From positions 12,167 through 76,166 of the IMG/VR virus record IMGVR_UViG_3300020365_000010: DNA of 64,000 bases. One strand, written 5' to 3'. The first letter of the stretch is position 1. Every line of letters starts with the position of its first letter. This DNA comes from a virus (lineage: Duplodnaviria > Caudoviricetes). The notes under the pieces were generated by a model. The model was not told where the DNA came from, made no database searches, and saw only the letters and a list, made by a program, of their open reading frames with translations. Below, one piece after another: positions 37,331 through 48,718 of this stretch. The translations under genes and the position numbers were made by a program.

Positions 37331-39205
37331 ATGACAAGGACAGTCCCTGGAAGTGGCGCAGTAATTAACCCTATCTTCAATAGTATTTTTGGAGTTAGGG
37401 AAGTTTACGTTGAGAATGGAGGATCTGGGTATGACCCGAATGATCCCCCTAGACTCCGTATTACTAATAGTGGCACGCCAATTCGCGAAGCAGTCCTAAG
37501 ACCAGTTATTGAAGGAGATAATGGCGAAATTACTGCTGTAGAAATCCTCGATCCTGGTGAGGGATACGATCCTCTTCGCTTAGAAATTACTGATGAGGGA
37601 TCAGATGGTCATGCTACTGGTAACGTCTTCCTGAAAGAAGATGGATCTGGTGGCATTGACTTTATTCAGATCACTGTCCCAGGTGATGGTTATTTTGATA
37701 CCTCTGCAGAGATCAAAGGTGGTGGTGGATCTGGATCTCAGTTAGTCCCCGTTACAGGTCTCATCACAGGTCTGACTATTGAGAATCAAGGTCAGAATTA
37801 TACAGAAGAAGATGTCAACATCGTTATCTCTGGTGGCGGTGGTCAAGGTGCTACTGGTGTTGCATCAGTTAACAGATTTGGTCGTGTTACCAGTGTCCAG
37901 TTAACAAATCAAGGTGAATTCTTTGAGACACCTCCTCTGATTCAAATTATTGGTGGTGGTGGATCTGGTGCTACTGCTGAAGCATTTATTGATCTTGGTG
38001 TTATTACAAACATTGATCTGCTATCTGGTGGTGGAGGATATGTAAATGATCCTCAAGTCATCTTTACCAGAGATACTGATCTTGTTAGAGAAGCAAGAAA
38101 CAGACAATCACTCAACTCTGTCCTGTATAACCTGACAGGTCTATTGACTAATGTTTCTGCTAATGCAGAAACAATTAACGTTGAGACTACTGATGCATAT
38201 CCAGGATCTGGAAAACTGCTGATTGGTAGAGAGGTTATTCGTTATACAGGCAAAACTTCTACTTCTTTCACTGGTTGTGATAGGGGTGTCAATTTCAGAT
38301 TTGACCAAAAAGTTATCCTCGATGGACTTCAGGATGATCCCAATACAGGTCTTACTAACTATCAATTCCAGGTTACTGACAAAGTTAGACGTGTTGTAGA
38401 AAACTCTAACAACCGAGTTGCAGTTGTTTATGACTGGATTAGAGATGAAAGAGCACTGTATGTAACCTTTGAGATTGACGAGCTAGCATTTATTGATGCA
38501 GGTAGATCAGGTGAGAAAGCAAAGATTGTGGCATTCGTTGCTGGATCTGCAGCATCATCAGGGACAGGTCAAGAACCTCACACATTGATTGAGGTAGAGG
38601 GCGAGGATATTGTTGCATTTACAAGTCCACTGTCGTTGATTCTCAATCGTCGATTTGAAGACGACGATGAGTCATATACTGATGAGAATGATGTTGTCCA
38701 GTATGGCGATGGCATTCCCGACTTGATTAACACCGCCACGGAATTTGAAAATCAAATCAATCTTGACGGTGGTATTGCATCATCTAAATATGGTATTGAG
38801 GAGACTATTGGTGGTCAAAACACCACTCTCTTCCAAGTGGGTGATCAGGTATATGACGGTAGTCCTCAACAGTTGGTTGCAACTATTCAGACTGCAGGTT
38901 TGCTTGGTGACGGTGAAGCACACCAGTCAACAGGTAGTATTGTTATCGAATATATCAATAACCTGATTAGTTTCCAACCTGGAGAAACAATTCAAGGTTT
39001 GACAAGTGGTATTACAGCAACTCTAGTTGCTTCCACCACAGGACCAAAGACAGGTCAATTTACACTGTCAATTTCTGACATCGTTGATAACGATCCTACA
39101 TATAAGTGGGCAGTCGGTGAAACTCTGCAGGGTAGTCTCAGCTCTGCAACTGCAACGATTAAGACTGTTGAATATACAAAGTATGTAAGAAACGAGGACG
39201 AATAA
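37331..39205 (+). CDS. virion structural protein with G-x-G-Y repeats, 624 aa
   Basis: Several NGGSGY/PGEGY/GGGGY modules; position before g8. Confidence 0.75.
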   Translation: MTRTVPGSGAVINPIFNSIFGVREVYVENGGSGYDPNDPPRLRITNSGTPIREAVLRPVIEGDNGEITAVEILDPGEGYDPLRLEITDEGSDGHATGNVFLKEDGSGGIDFIQITVPGDGYFDTSAEIKGGGGSGSQLVPVTGLITGLTIENQGQNYTEEDVNIVISGGGGQGATGVASVNRFGRVTSVQLTNQGEFFETPPLIQIIGGGGSGATAEAFIDLGVITNIDLLSGGGGYVNDPQVIFTRDTDLVREARNRQSLNSVLYNLTGLLTNVSANAETINVETTDAYPGSGKLLIGREVIRYTGKTSTSFTGCDRGVNFRFDQKVILDGLQDDPNTGLTNYQFQVTDKVRRVVENSNNRVAVVYDWIRDERALYVTFEIDELAFIDAGRSGEKAKIVAFVAGSAASSGTGQEPHTLIEVEGEDIVAFTSPLSLILNRRFEDDDESYTDENDVVQYGDGIPDLINTATEFENQINLDGGIASSKYGIEETIGGQNTTLFQVGDQVYDGSPQQLVATIQTAGLLGDGEAHQSTGSIVIEYINNLISFQPGETIQGLTSGITATLVASTTGPKTGQFTLSISDIVDNDPTYKWAVGETLQGSLSSATATIKTVEYTKYVRNEDE

Positions 39206-39210
39206 GTCCC

Positions 39211-39217
39211 ATAAATA
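39211..39217 (+). promoter_or_regulatory. late promoter ATAAATA for g8
   Basis: Intergenic, 22 nt upstream of ATG. Confidence 0.65.
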
Positions 39218-39239
39218 AAAAGAAGGCAATTTCCTTAAA

Positions 39240-40775
39240 ATGGCGCTACTTACCGACCAGTTTAGAATCTTTACTGCCGAAAGGTTTAGAAAGTCTTTGG
39301 AGGGTCCCGACCCTACTCAGTCCGACCTTGATGCTGGTAGTGATAGAGATCGACTGTATGTTTTCATCGGTCGTCCTCAGGCATGGGACAATGAGAATGC
39401 ACCCCCAGACCCCGTGGATTCATTCCAGGAGTTTGCGGATGACTATTCCGATATGATCTCCATGAAGAGGGTGCTGGCGAATGATACTATTCAGGTTATT
39501 AGACGCACCGACTGGATTCCTCCTGAGCAAACCACTGGTGGCTTGGGTTATGTTTATGACATGTATCGTCATGACTATAGCTCAACTAAGACCGCATCTT
39601 CTGGTGCTACCAAACTTTATGATGCAGACTTTTACGTTGTTAACTCATCGTATCAGGTATATAAGTGCATTTATAACGGAACATCCCCTAGTGATCCTAA
39701 CGGTAAGCCTTCTACTGTTGAGCCTACGGGTACTTCAACTTCTATTATTACCACTGCTGACGGTTATCGTTGGAAGTATATGTATACGATCCCTGTGGGT
39801 CAGGTGCTGAAATTCTTCTCCAATGAATACATGCCTGTGCTGAGTGACACCGCTGTGGTGTCTGACGCAATCGGTGGTGAGATCGATACTGTTATTATCG
39901 CATCCTCTGGTGCTGGTTATAACAACGGCACTTATGAAAACGTGCCCATCAAAGGCGATGGCGTTGGTGGTCGTGTTTCTCTGGTTGTTGACGGTGGTCG
40001 AATTGTCTCGGCAACAGTGACTTCGGGTGGTAGCGGTTACACCTTCGGTAAGGTGGTGATCGATGAGGTCAACGGTATCGGTGCTGGCACAGGCACAGGT
40101 GGTAACGTTGAAGTGGTTGTGCCTCCTACTAAGGGTCACGGTGCAGATCCTGCTACCGAGCTTGGTGGTTTCCGAGTCATGATCAACACCAAGTTTACCT
40201 ACGCTGAAGGTAGTGGTGACTTCCCAACTGATAACGACTACCGTCGTATCGGTCTTGTCATCAACCCTAACAAGTATGGCACGCAAGAATTGACTGCTGA
40301 TCTTACGTTGTCTGCAACGAAAGCAGTTATCTTTGCACCTTCCTTTACTGGTAACTTCCAGACTGACGAAATTATCACACAGTCTCGCACAATTGGTGGT
40401 CAGCAAGTGACTGCTCGTGGTCGTGTGATTTCCTGGAATAGCACCACAAAGGTCCTTAAGTATTACCAGAATAGGATTGATGGTATCTTCCCAGAATTTA
40501 CTGGTAACTTGATTGAGTTTGAAGGTGGTAACCCTGTGGTGGGTGCTACATCAGGTGCGTCCGCTGACCCTGATATCAACTTCCCCATCGTTTCTGGTGC
40601 GTCAACTCGTATCATCAACAACACTGAATATGACCTTGGTATGGCGTTTACCAACGGTTATGCAAAACCTGAGGTCCAACCTAACAGTGGAGAAGTTATC
40701 TACATAGATAACAGAGGCGCGATTACTCGTGCTGGAGACCAAATCGAAGACATCAAAATCGTAATCGAGTTCTAA
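39240..40775 (+). CDS. g8: baseplate wedge subunit gp8
   Basis: LYVFIGRPQAW, VYKCIYN, DGYRWKYMYTI, DYRRIGL, SGEVIYIDNR...QIEDIKIVIEF. Confidence 0.93.
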   Translation: MALLTDQFRIFTAERFRKSLEGPDPTQSDLDAGSDRDRLYVFIGRPQAWDNENAPPDPVDSFQEFADDYSDMISMKRVLANDTIQVIRRTDWIPPEQTTGGLGYVYDMYRHDYSSTKTASSGATKLYDADFYVVNSSYQVYKCIYNGTSPSDPNGKPSTVEPTGTSTSIITTADGYRWKYMYTIPVGQVLKFFSNEYMPVLSDTAVVSDAIGGEIDTVIIASSGAGYNNGTYENVPIKGDGVGGRVSLVVDGGRIVSATVTSGGSGYTFGKVVIDEVNGIGAGTGTGGNVEVVVPPTKGHGADPATELGGFRVMINTKFTYAEGSGDFPTDNDYRRIGLVINPNKYGTQELTADLTLSATKAVIFAPSFTGNFQTDEIITQSRTIGGQQVTARGRVISWNSTTKVLKYYQNRIDGIFPEFTGNLIEFEGGNPVVGATSGASADPDINFPIVSGASTRIINNTEYDLGMAFTNGYAKPEVQPNSGEVIYIDNRGAITRAGDQIEDIKIVIEF

Positions 40776-40776
40776 G

Positions 40777-43700
40777 ATGCCCCAGAATACTAACCTTAAC
40801 ATCTCTCCTTATTTCGACGATTTCGATAAGGATAAGAACTTCTACCGAGTGCTATTCAGACCTGGGTATCCTATTCAGGCGCGTGAGATTACGACACTGC
40901 AGTCTATCCTGCAGAATCAGATTGAGTCGATTGGTCAGCACTTCTTCAAAGAAGGTGCAATGGTCATCCCTGGTCAGGTCGGTTATGACTTGAATGTCCA
41001 GGCGGTTATCCTGCAACAATCCTTCTTGGGTGTCGATGTCGAAACTTACAGGACTCAACTTCAGGGGCAAATCATTGAGGGTCTGACGACAGGTATTAAG
41101 GCAAAGGTCCTTTACTCCATTCCCGCTGCAGAATCTGAGCGTGGTTATGTCACTCTATACGTTAAGTATATTGAGTCTGGTGATACTGTTTCCGAAGCAT
41201 CTATCACTACCTTCCAAGCTAACGAGCAGTTGATTGCTGAGAATGAAATTACTTTCGGCACAACGCTGATTGAAGTTGGATCTCCTTTTGGTCAGTTGCT
41301 GCCTGTTGAATCAACTTCTGTTGCTTCGACTGCATACATCAATGCTGGTGTTTACTTCATTAGAGGGCACTTTGTTGATGTCCCCTCCATGTATCTGATC
41401 CTGGAGCAATATGATAACAATCCTTCCTATCGTGTTGGTCTGGAAGTTAGTGAATCTATTGTTACTCCAGAAGACGATCCATCACTGAATGATAACGCAG
41501 CAGGCACATCTAACTATGCTGCACCTGGATCTCACAGATTCAGAATCAGGACTCAACTCGTTAAGAAACCAATTAACGACGAGACTGATAAAAACTTCAT
41601 CGAATTGCTGCGTATCAACAATAGTAAGGTTGAGCAATTCGTTACTGCAACTGCATACTCCGAGCTGGAGAGATCTCTGGCACGTCGCACCTATGAAGAG
41701 TCTGGAGACTATGTTGTAGATACCTTCACCATTAAGGCAAGAGAGTGTCTGGATGATGGTTTCAACAATGGTGTGTATCGTCCTGGTGAGACCACCGCTC
41801 AAGGTAACATTGCATCAGATGAGCTGATTACATATGAGATCTCTCCTGGTAGAGCATATGTAAGAGGATACAGGACAGAATTCCTGGTGCCTCAGTATAT
41901 TGATGCACCTAAACCTCGTGACTATGAAGGCGTCCAAAACGGTATTATCTCATTCCGTTTGGGTAACTTCGTTAAAGTATACGATGTATATGGATGGCCA
42001 GATCTGACTGGTGAGGGTGTTACCTCAGCATACCAGACTCTGGAAATGTACGATGACTGGACTCTGAATTCTGCTAACACTACAACTGGCAGAATGATTG
42101 GTCGTTGTCGTGCAGTCCAAATTCAAAAGGACACAGACACTACTTATGATCTGTGGATCTTTGATGCTCAGATGTTTACTGCTATCAACTTTGCTGCAGG
42201 TAACAACTCTGTGACTGTTGGTGACGTGCTGAAAGGTCGCACCTCCAATGCTCGTGGTTTCGTTGCTGACGCTGGTAGTGGCAACTGGTGTCAACTGGAG
42301 CAAGTCTCTGGCACCTTTGTGAATGGTGAGGTTATTGAAAGAGATGGTCGTGTTATCGGCACTCTGGAAGCAGCACATACATTCAACCTGACTGATACTA
42401 GATCCTGCTATGGCAGAAATAGCACTAACCAAATTACATTTGGTGCTAACTGGTTGCTGAATGACCAGGCGGAGATTGAAGCATCTACAGTAACTATTGA
42501 TTCTGGTAATAACCAGATCGAAGGTTTCCGCACCAAGTTTGTGCAAGACCTGCGTCCTGGTGACGTTGTGACTGCAACTAACTCCACTTCAGAAGGTGAG
42601 AATTCTATCAGAATTGAGAGAGTTGATCCTCAGTATATTAAGACCATTACAGGTAATGCTTATACTGGAGCATCTAATGTCATCTTCAATGATCTAGATC
42701 AAACTGTCAGAATTGATAATAGTCTTGCCAAGGGCACTGTCCCTAACGGTGAATATGGCACTTTGGTGAGAATGCGTCCTTTCGTATTCCAGAAAGACTA
42801 CCAGAATGGTGAGCTCACGATTGATACTCCTCGTATTTCGATGAGATCGATCTCTGACGAATCATTCTTTGTCTTCCGCACCTTCAACAACAAGACTGTG
42901 GTGTCTGGTGGTGTTACTGTTTCACTGCCTGAATCCGAGCAGTTTGCATCTCTCGATGATGAAAACTATATGCTCACTATCTTGGGTGAGTCTGGATCTG
43001 CATATAGCGTGGGTCAAAACCTCAACATCGATGCTCTGAATGATGCAGGCACACTGACAGTTACCTTCGGTGCTGATCGTCAGTCTGTGACCATTGATGG
43101 TCTGACTGGTGTCAATACTGTCAAACTGACAGCACTGATCTCCAAGAATATCGTCTCGAAGAAGATTAAAACCGCCGCTAAGATGCGTGCGATGAAGGTC
43201 ATCAGGACTCGTAACAATAACGACCAACAGAAGTATGGTCTTGCTTACGGTAACCTGTATGGCACCAGAATCGAAGACGAAGAGATTTCGTTTGCATTGA
43301 ATGATGTTTACAAAATCCACGCTGTATACGAGTCTGAAAATGACAACGATGCAGAGCCCCCTTACCTCACTCTTACTGAATCTACCTTCTTCGACAACGG
43401 CTCTGTTGTTGTGGGTCGCACCTCAGGTGCTAGGGGACGTGTAATTCAGTTTATCAACAGCACACTCCGTCTCTACGTCGTCCAACTCAACGAAGTCCCA
43501 TTCCTCCCTGGTGAGACTATCGATGGTGTTGATGACGATAACACTCCTCTGACTGCTATCATCGATGACGCTGAAGGATCAGTGTTTAAGGGTAGTAAGG
43601 TTGTCACAACTCAGTATGAGTTGGAGCCTGGTCAGAAAGCACACTTCTATGATGTGTGTAAGATGCTGAGACTGCCTCAGTATACTCCTCCGATCCGCAA

Positions 43701-46700
43701 ACTGCTGGTAATCTTTGACTACTTTGTCCATGAATCATCGGGCGATTACTTTGCATCTCAGTCCTATACAGGTATTGGTTACAAAGAGATTCCCAAGTAT
43801 AAACTGGACGGATCGATTAACTTCCTGAAAGACCAGATTGACTTCCGTCCTGGTGTTGGTGAGTTGGCATCTGGTGCTGGCACCATCACTAACGAATTCT
43901 ATGTGAATTGTGCTTCACTTGACTTCGGTGCTCGTCAGTTTGATACCTCTGGTGGCTCTGGTGGATCTACCATCTTTGATATTCCTAAGGTGGCAACTGA
44001 GATCCGCATGGACTACACCTACTATCTGCCTCGTGCAGACAAGATCTTCCTGACTCATGAAAATGAGTTGAGAATCGCAAGAGGTGTATCTTCTGAGGAT
44101 CAACCACCCCCAGACAATATCCAAAACGCAATGCTCTTGGCACAGCTTGAGTGTCGTGCATATGTGTATGACGTTGAGCGTGATGTCCTGATCTATCCTG
44201 AGATCATCCGTCGCTATACCATGAAGGATATTGGCGATCTGGAGACCAGACTGTCACACGTTGAGTATTACACCTCACTGTCCCTGCTGGAGACACAGGC
44301 AGAGAATACTAAGACATACGATGACAATGGTTTCGACCGTCTGAAGAATGGTTACGTTGTAGATGACTTCACTGATCACACTATCGGTGACGTGCTCAAC
44401 GTTGATTACAAGTGCTCAATGGACTTCAAAGAGGGTCACCTCCGTCCTGCACACTATACAACTAACGTCCCTCTGCAACTGAATGCACCTTCGTCTTCTA
44501 ACGTTGTAAGGACAACTGGCAACATGGTGCTGCTGCCTTATGAAGATCTGGCAATCGTCACCCAACCATATGCTTCTAGGACAGAGAATGTAAACCCATT
44601 CAACGTGTTTACTTTCATTGGTCGTATTGACCTGACTCCTGCATCTGACGACTGGGTTGATATTAAGCGTCTGCCTGCTCGTGTTGAAAACGTTGAAGGT
44701 GACTTCTCTGCTGTTGCTAGAGACCTTCAGATTGACCAGAATGGTTTTGCTCCCATCCAGTGGGGTGGTTGGCGCACAAACTGGACTGGTGAGTCCTTGG
44801 TATCTACCACACAATTCAGAAACAGATCTGGTAGTTTCGCTGCTGGTGGTCGTCGTCTGGGTCGTCTGGGTCACGGTCAGGGTCGTCAGCCCATCTTTGT
44901 CCACGAGAGACGCACATGGCGTGTTGTTAACAACCAGGCACGTCAAGGTATCAGGACTCGTGTTACTCCCAAGATTGATCGTAAGTCACTTGGTGATAGC
45001 GTCCTGTCACAAACAGCAATCCCCTGGATTAGATCTCGTAACGTGTCCTTTAACGTGGACCGTATGAAGCCTCGCACAAGAATCTATGCATTCTTCGATG
45101 GCGTCAACGTTACTGGTTATATCACACCTAAAGTTATCGAGTTGGTCAAGTCTTCGACTGCTGATCCTCGCTCTAATGAAACTCCTTTCGTTGAGGGTGA
45201 GACTGTTGTCGGTCAAAACTCTGGTTGCCGCTTTAAGGTTGCCCCTGCAAATGATGCATATAAGACCGACCCTTACGGTGTTGGTGAAGCAACTCTTGCA
45301 GAGTCCTATGCATCTACTACACCATTCCTCAATATCGACACCCAAGTGTTGGCAGAAACTGTCAACCCCAATTTCTTTGGTAACTTCCAAACTGGTGAGG
45401 TGTTGATTGGTCAGACCTCTGGTGCTCGTGCAGTTGTGAAGGATCGTCGTCTCCTGACTGACAACATCGGTAACTTCCGTGGATCCTTCTTTATTCCTAA
45501 CCCTGGTAACGACTCCAACCCCCGTTGGGCAACTGGCACCAGGACCTTTAGATTCACTACATCACCCACTAATAGTAGAGCAAATGATGAGGTGACCTCA
45601 TCTGCAGATACTACTTACAGTGCAACTGGCACCCTGAGGACTGTCAGAGAGAATATCCTGGCAATCCGTAATGCTGAGATTGTAAGAGACACTGTTAATG
45701 ATGCTCGCACGGTTATCACGACCAGGACTGAAACACGTCAGATTGGTTGGTATGACCCCCTGGCACAATCCTTTATTGTTGACGAGGAAGGTGGTGTATT
45801 CCTGACTGGTATTGATATCTTCTTCAAGACTAAGGATGCCAACATTCCTATCTCGATGCAGATCAGGACCATGGAGAATGGTTATCCTACCAAGGACATC
45901 CTGCCCTTCTCTGATACCACTATCGATCCCGATCAGGTAGAGCTGTCTGATAACGCAGCAGTGCCTACCAGATTCACCTTCAGATCACCTGTTTATATCA
46001 AGCAGTCTACTGAATACTGCTTCGTGCTTCTGTCAGACTCCAACGAATATAACGTTTGGATCTCCAGAATGGGTGACATCGATGTCTCTGGCACAAGGAC
46101 GATCTCTGAGCAACCTTACGCTGGTGTGCTCTTCAAGTCACAAAACGCATCTACCTGGACTGCTGACCAGTATGAGGATTGTAAGTTTACAATCTATCGT
46201 GCGGAATTTACAGCAAGTCTTGGCACTGCAATCTTTAATAATGCAGACCTGGGTAAAGGTAACGGTGGTATTCACAACCTGATTGAGAATCCTATTCTCA
46301 CCATCAAACCCAAGCAAACTCTGTTGCTGCCTGCAGGTCAGAATTATAACTTCACTATCGGTGCAAGAGTGTTGCAGTCACCTTCAGGTGCAAGCGGCAC
46401 GATTACTGAGTTTGATGCAGTTTCTGATCCCGAGCGTGTCACTATTACCGATATTGACGGTCAATTCTCAGCAGGTTTCCTTGATGCTAATGGAGTGCCT
46501 TTCCAAGGTCTCGCATCATCTCAGTCTGTTGGCACATTTGTCTTGTCGGCAATTTACAACGGCACATTTGAAGTTGGAGATACTGTAACTGGATCTACTT
46601 CTGGATCAACAGGCACAGTTACTTCTTATGATTCAGGCACCAATACCCTGCTTCTTAACTATCTGTCATATGAATTTGATGCATCAGATACCCTGACAAA

Positions 46701-48093
46701 TGCTAGTGGCACATCGGCAACGATTACCTCTATCGCATATTCAGGTGACTCTTATAACGCATATCCAACTCAGGCACCTAGTTACTCAGCCGATGATCAG
46801 GAAGTTGCAGTCTTCCATAGAAACCATGGTATGCACCAACGCACTAACAATGTAGAAATTGAAGGTGTGACATCTGAAGTGCCTCCAACAACTCTGACTT
46901 CTTCTCTGTCAGCAGGCACTACTTCTATTCAGGTGCAGGATGGATCGCAATTCCATACCATCGTTGGTGGCACAAATATCGGCAACCTGAATCCTGGTTA
47001 TCTCAAGATCAATGATGAGATCATCCAATACTCCAGTATCTCCACTAATGGTCAGGTGATTACTGTTGCAACTGGTGGTAGAGGTGCTGGTGGCACTGCT
47101 GATGTAACTCATGAATCTGGATCTGTTGTCGAATGTTACAACCTTGATGGTATTCCTCTGACACAAATCAACAAAGTCCACGACAAGATTGAGTGTCCTT
47201 GGATCGACTCTTACATGATTAGCACCGACTTTGTTGCAACTAACGGTATCAGAGGTGGTGGCACAGGAGTGTTTGCTTCACAGAATGTCCAGTTTGAGTG
47301 TCTGACTCCTACCATCTCCACGATGGTGCTTCCAGAAACCGAGATTACTGCTCGTGTAAATACTACTACAGCAACGTCAGTTGGTGAAGGTGGTGGTGAA
47401 GGTGGATCTGCACCTCGCGACCAAGCATCCTTCATTAACAATGGTCAATATCTTGACGTTGTGCTCAATGAGGAGAATCATTTCACCACTCCTCAGATGG
47501 TCGCATCTAAGATCAATGAGCAAAACAAACTGGATGGTAACAAGTCACTGACAATGGCATTGCAGTTGACAACTGAGAAATCTTCTCTGTCTCCTTGTAT
47601 TGACCTTGACAGACTGTCCTTGATTACTACAACTAACAGAGTCAACTGGTGGCCAGGTGGTCCTGCTCCTTATGGTCAGCAGTCCGCTATCGACCGCACA
47701 CAGGATGTTTCCACTCTGCCTAACGGCGATCAAAACGACGCTGTGTATATCACACGTCTCGCACGTCTGGGTAGTGAAGCAAGATCTCTGAAGGTTGACT
47801 TCCAGATCACACGTCACCCTGCTACTGAAGTCCGCGTTTACTATCGTGCATTCAAGGCAGGCGACACCGCTGATCCTAATACCCTTGGTTGGGAATTGGT
47901 TGGCGAACCTCTGACAACTCAGAATCAACAGTATGACTCAACTCCTACAGATGAATATCTGTGGAAGGATTATGCATACGAGAAGAAGGGTCTTACCTTC
48001 AACGCATTCCAGTTGAAGATCGTCATGAGATCTAAGAATCAAGCGAGAGTCCCACTTATTGCTGATCTGAGAGCAATCGCTCTAGCTACTTAA
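40777..48093 (+). CDS. large virion structural protein, VrlC/DUF4815-like, 2438 aa
   Basis: PYFDDFDKDKNFYRVLFRPGYPIQAREITTLQSILQNQIE; YYTSLSLLE..FKNG-like LKNGYVVDDF; DPLAQSF; C-terminal PLIADLRAIALA. Confidence 0.85.
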   Translation: MPQNTNLNISPYFDDFDKDKNFYRVLFRPGYPIQAREITTLQSILQNQIESIGQHFFKEGAMVIPGQVGYDLNVQAVILQQSFLGVDVETYRTQLQGQIIEGLTTGIKAKVLYSIPAAESERGYVTLYVKYIESGDTVSEASITTFQANEQLIAENEITFGTTLIEVGSPFGQLLPVESTSVASTAYINAGVYFIRGHFVDVPSMYLILEQYDNNPSYRVGLEVSESIVTPEDDPSLNDNAAGTSNYAAPGSHRFRIRTQLVKKPINDETDKNFIELLRINNSKVEQFVTATAYSELERSLARRTYEESGDYVVDTFTIKARECLDDGFNNGVYRPGETTAQGNIASDELITYEISPGRAYVRGYRTEFLVPQYIDAPKPRDYEGVQNGIISFRLGNFVKVYDVYGWPDLTGEGVTSAYQTLEMYDDWTLNSANTTTGRMIGRCRAVQIQKDTDTTYDLWIFDAQMFTAINFAAGNNSVTVGDVLKGRTSNARGFVADAGSGNWCQLEQVSGTFVNGEVIERDGRVIGTLEAAHTFNLTDTRSCYGRNSTNQITFGANWLLNDQAEIEASTVTIDSGNNQIEGFRTKFVQDLRPGDVVTATNSTSEGENSIRIERVDPQYIKTITGNAYTGASNVIFNDLDQTVRIDNSLAKGTVPNGEYGTLVRMRPFVFQKDYQNGELTIDTPRISMRSISDESFFVFRTFNNKTVVSGGVTVSLPESEQFASLDDENYMLTILGESGSAYSVGQNLNIDALNDAGTLTVTFGADRQSVTIDGLTGVNTVKLTALISKNIVSKKIKTAAKMRAMKVIRTRNNNDQQKYGLAYGNLYGTRIEDEEISFALNDVYKIHAVYESENDNDAEPPYLTLTESTFFDNGSVVVGRTSGARGRVIQFINSTLRLYVVQLNEVPFLPGETIDGVDDDNTPLTAIIDDAEGSVFKGSKVVTTQYELEPGQKAHFYDVCKMLRLPQYTPPIRKLLVIFDYFVHESSGDYFASQSYTGIGYKEIPKYKLDGSINFLKDQIDFRPGVGELASGAGTITNEFYVNCASLDFGARQFDTSGGSGGSTIFDIPKVATEIRMDYTYYLPRADKIFLTHENELRIARGVSSEDQPPPDNIQNAMLLAQLECRAYVYDVERDVLIYPEIIRRYTMKDIGDLETRLSHVEYYTSLSLLETQAENTKTYDDNGFDRLKNGYVVDDFTDHTIGDVLNVDYKCSMDFKEGHLRPAHYTTNVPLQLNAPSSSNVVRTTGNMVLLPYEDLAIVTQPYASRTENVNPFNVFTFIGRIDLTPASDDWVDIKRLPARVENVEGDFSAVARDLQIDQNGFAPIQWGGWRTNWTGESLVSTTQFRNRSGSFAAGGRRLGRLGHGQGRQPIFVHERRTWRVVNNQARQGIRTRVTPKIDRKSLGDSVLSQTAIPWIRSRNVSFNVDRMKPRTRIYAFFDGVNVTGYITPKVIELVKSSTADPRSNETPFVEGETVVGQNSGCRFKVAPANDAYKTDPYGVGEATLAESYASTTPFLNIDTQVLAETVNPNFFGNFQTGEVLIGQTSGARAVVKDRRLLTDNIGNFRGSFFIPNPGNDSNPRWATGTRTFRFTTSPTNSRANDEVTSSADTTYSATGTLRTVRENILAIRNAEIVRDTVNDARTVITTRTETRQIGWYDPLAQSFIVDEEGGVFLTGIDIFFKTKDANIPISMQIRTMENGYPTKDILPFSDTTIDPDQVELSDNAAVPTRFTFRSPVYIKQSTEYCFVLLSDSNEYNVWISRMGDIDVSGTRTISEQPYAGVLFKSQNASTWTADQYEDCKFTIYRAEFTASLGTAIFNNADLGKGNGGIHNLIENPILTIKPKQTLLLPAGQNYNFTIGARVLQSPSGASGTITEFDAVSDPERVTITDIDGQFSAGFLDANGVPFQGLASSQSVGTFVLSAIYNGTFEVGDTVTGSTSGSTGTVTSYDSGTNTLLLNYLSYEFDASDTLTNASGTSATITSIAYSGDSYNAYPTQAPSYSADDQEVAVFHRNHGMHQRTNNVEIEGVTSEVPPTTLTSSLSAGTTSIQVQDGSQFHTIVGGTNIGNLNPGYLKINDEIIQYSSISTNGQVITVATGGRGAGGTADVTHESGSVVECYNLDGIPLTQINKVHDKIECPWIDSYMISTDFVATNGIRGGGTGVFASQNVQFECLTPTISTMVLPETEITARVNTTTATSVGEGGGEGGSAPRDQASFINNGQYLDVVLNEENHFTTPQMVASKINEQNKLDGNKSLTMALQLTTEKSSLSPCIDLDRLSLITTTNRVNWWPGGPAPYGQQSAIDRTQDVSTLPNGDQNDAVYITRLARLGSEARSLKVDFQITRHPATEVRVYYRAFKAGDTADPNTLGWELVGEPLTTQNQQYDSTPTDEYLWKDYAYEKKGLTFNAFQLKIVMRSKNQARVPLIADLRAIALAT

Positions 48094-48145
48094 AGCTAGT
48101 TTGTTTCAACCCTTACATGGTTGATTATAATTATTATTAGTTACT

Positions 48146-48415
48146 ATGTCAAGTCCAAATAAGAAGACTGATCACATCGAAACTTACCGCCCAGACCTTA
48201 TCCCTGTTGAGGGTAAGGACGGGTGGTTTAGGGATCCTGATTCAAATGCAATTGTCAACTGTAATAAAACGCAGTATGATGATTACATGGCTGCATATCG
48301 CAAACGCCAGAGGAAGGATGAGAAGTTTGAGGCTTTACAAAGCGATGTGGATGGTCTAAAATCTGACTTGTCAGAAATCAAATCGTTACTGAAATCATTA
48401 GTTAAAGGAGACTGA
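48146..48415 (+). CDS. hypothetical coiled-coil protein, 89 aa
   Basis: ORF track; GWFRDPDSNAIVN then heptad repeats. Confidence 0.8.
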   Translation: MSSPNKKTDHIETYRPDLIPVEGKDGWFRDPDSNAIVNCNKTQYDDYMAAYRKRQRKDEKFEALQSDVDGLKSDLSEIKSLLKSLVKGD

Positions 48416-48417
48416 AA

Positions 48418-48633
48418 ATGCCTGCTGACGTGACCGAGACTGCTTCCCAAGAGGAGCTGCTTGAGCAATTCCAAACCCGTTATCAAAACCTGCTTCGTGA
48501 AAACCAAGATCTTTCTAAGAAGATCAAGGACAACGAAGCGACTGCCCTGAAACTTCTTGGTGCTATTGAAACCCTTGAGTATCTTGCACCCAAAGATGAA
48601 GAGGCGGAAGAAGAAACTCCTGCTGCGGAGTAA
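48418..48633 (+). CDS. hypothetical coiled-coil protein, 71 aa
   Basis: ORF track; GGAG RBS; followed by terminator. Confidence 0.8.
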   Translation: MPADVTETASQEELLEQFQTRYQNLLRENQDLSKKIKDNEATALKLLGAIETLEYLAPKDEEAEEETPAAE

Positions 48634-48642
48634 AGATGCAGC

Positions 48643-48663
48643 ACCCCCGCAAGGGGGTTTTTT
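48643..48663 (+). terminator. rho-independent terminator ACCCCC-GCAA-GGGGGT plus T-tract
   Basis: 6-bp stem, GNRA loop, six T. Confidence 0.9.
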
Positions 48664-48669
48664 AATGGC

Positions 48670-48676
48670 ATAAATA
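48670..48676 (+). promoter_or_regulatory. late promoter ATAAATA for the fibre gene
   Basis: Immediately after the terminator, 42 nt before ATG. Confidence 0.7.
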
Positions 48677-48718
48677 AACAAGAAAGACCTTTGTCTGTTG
48701 CTAGGATCCTTATAAACA

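Noticed and set aside
48081-48100. CTAGCT-ACTTAA-AGCTAG inverted repeat at the VrlC-like gene stop
   Set aside because: Short, AT-rich, weak U-tract; cannot support a terminator call
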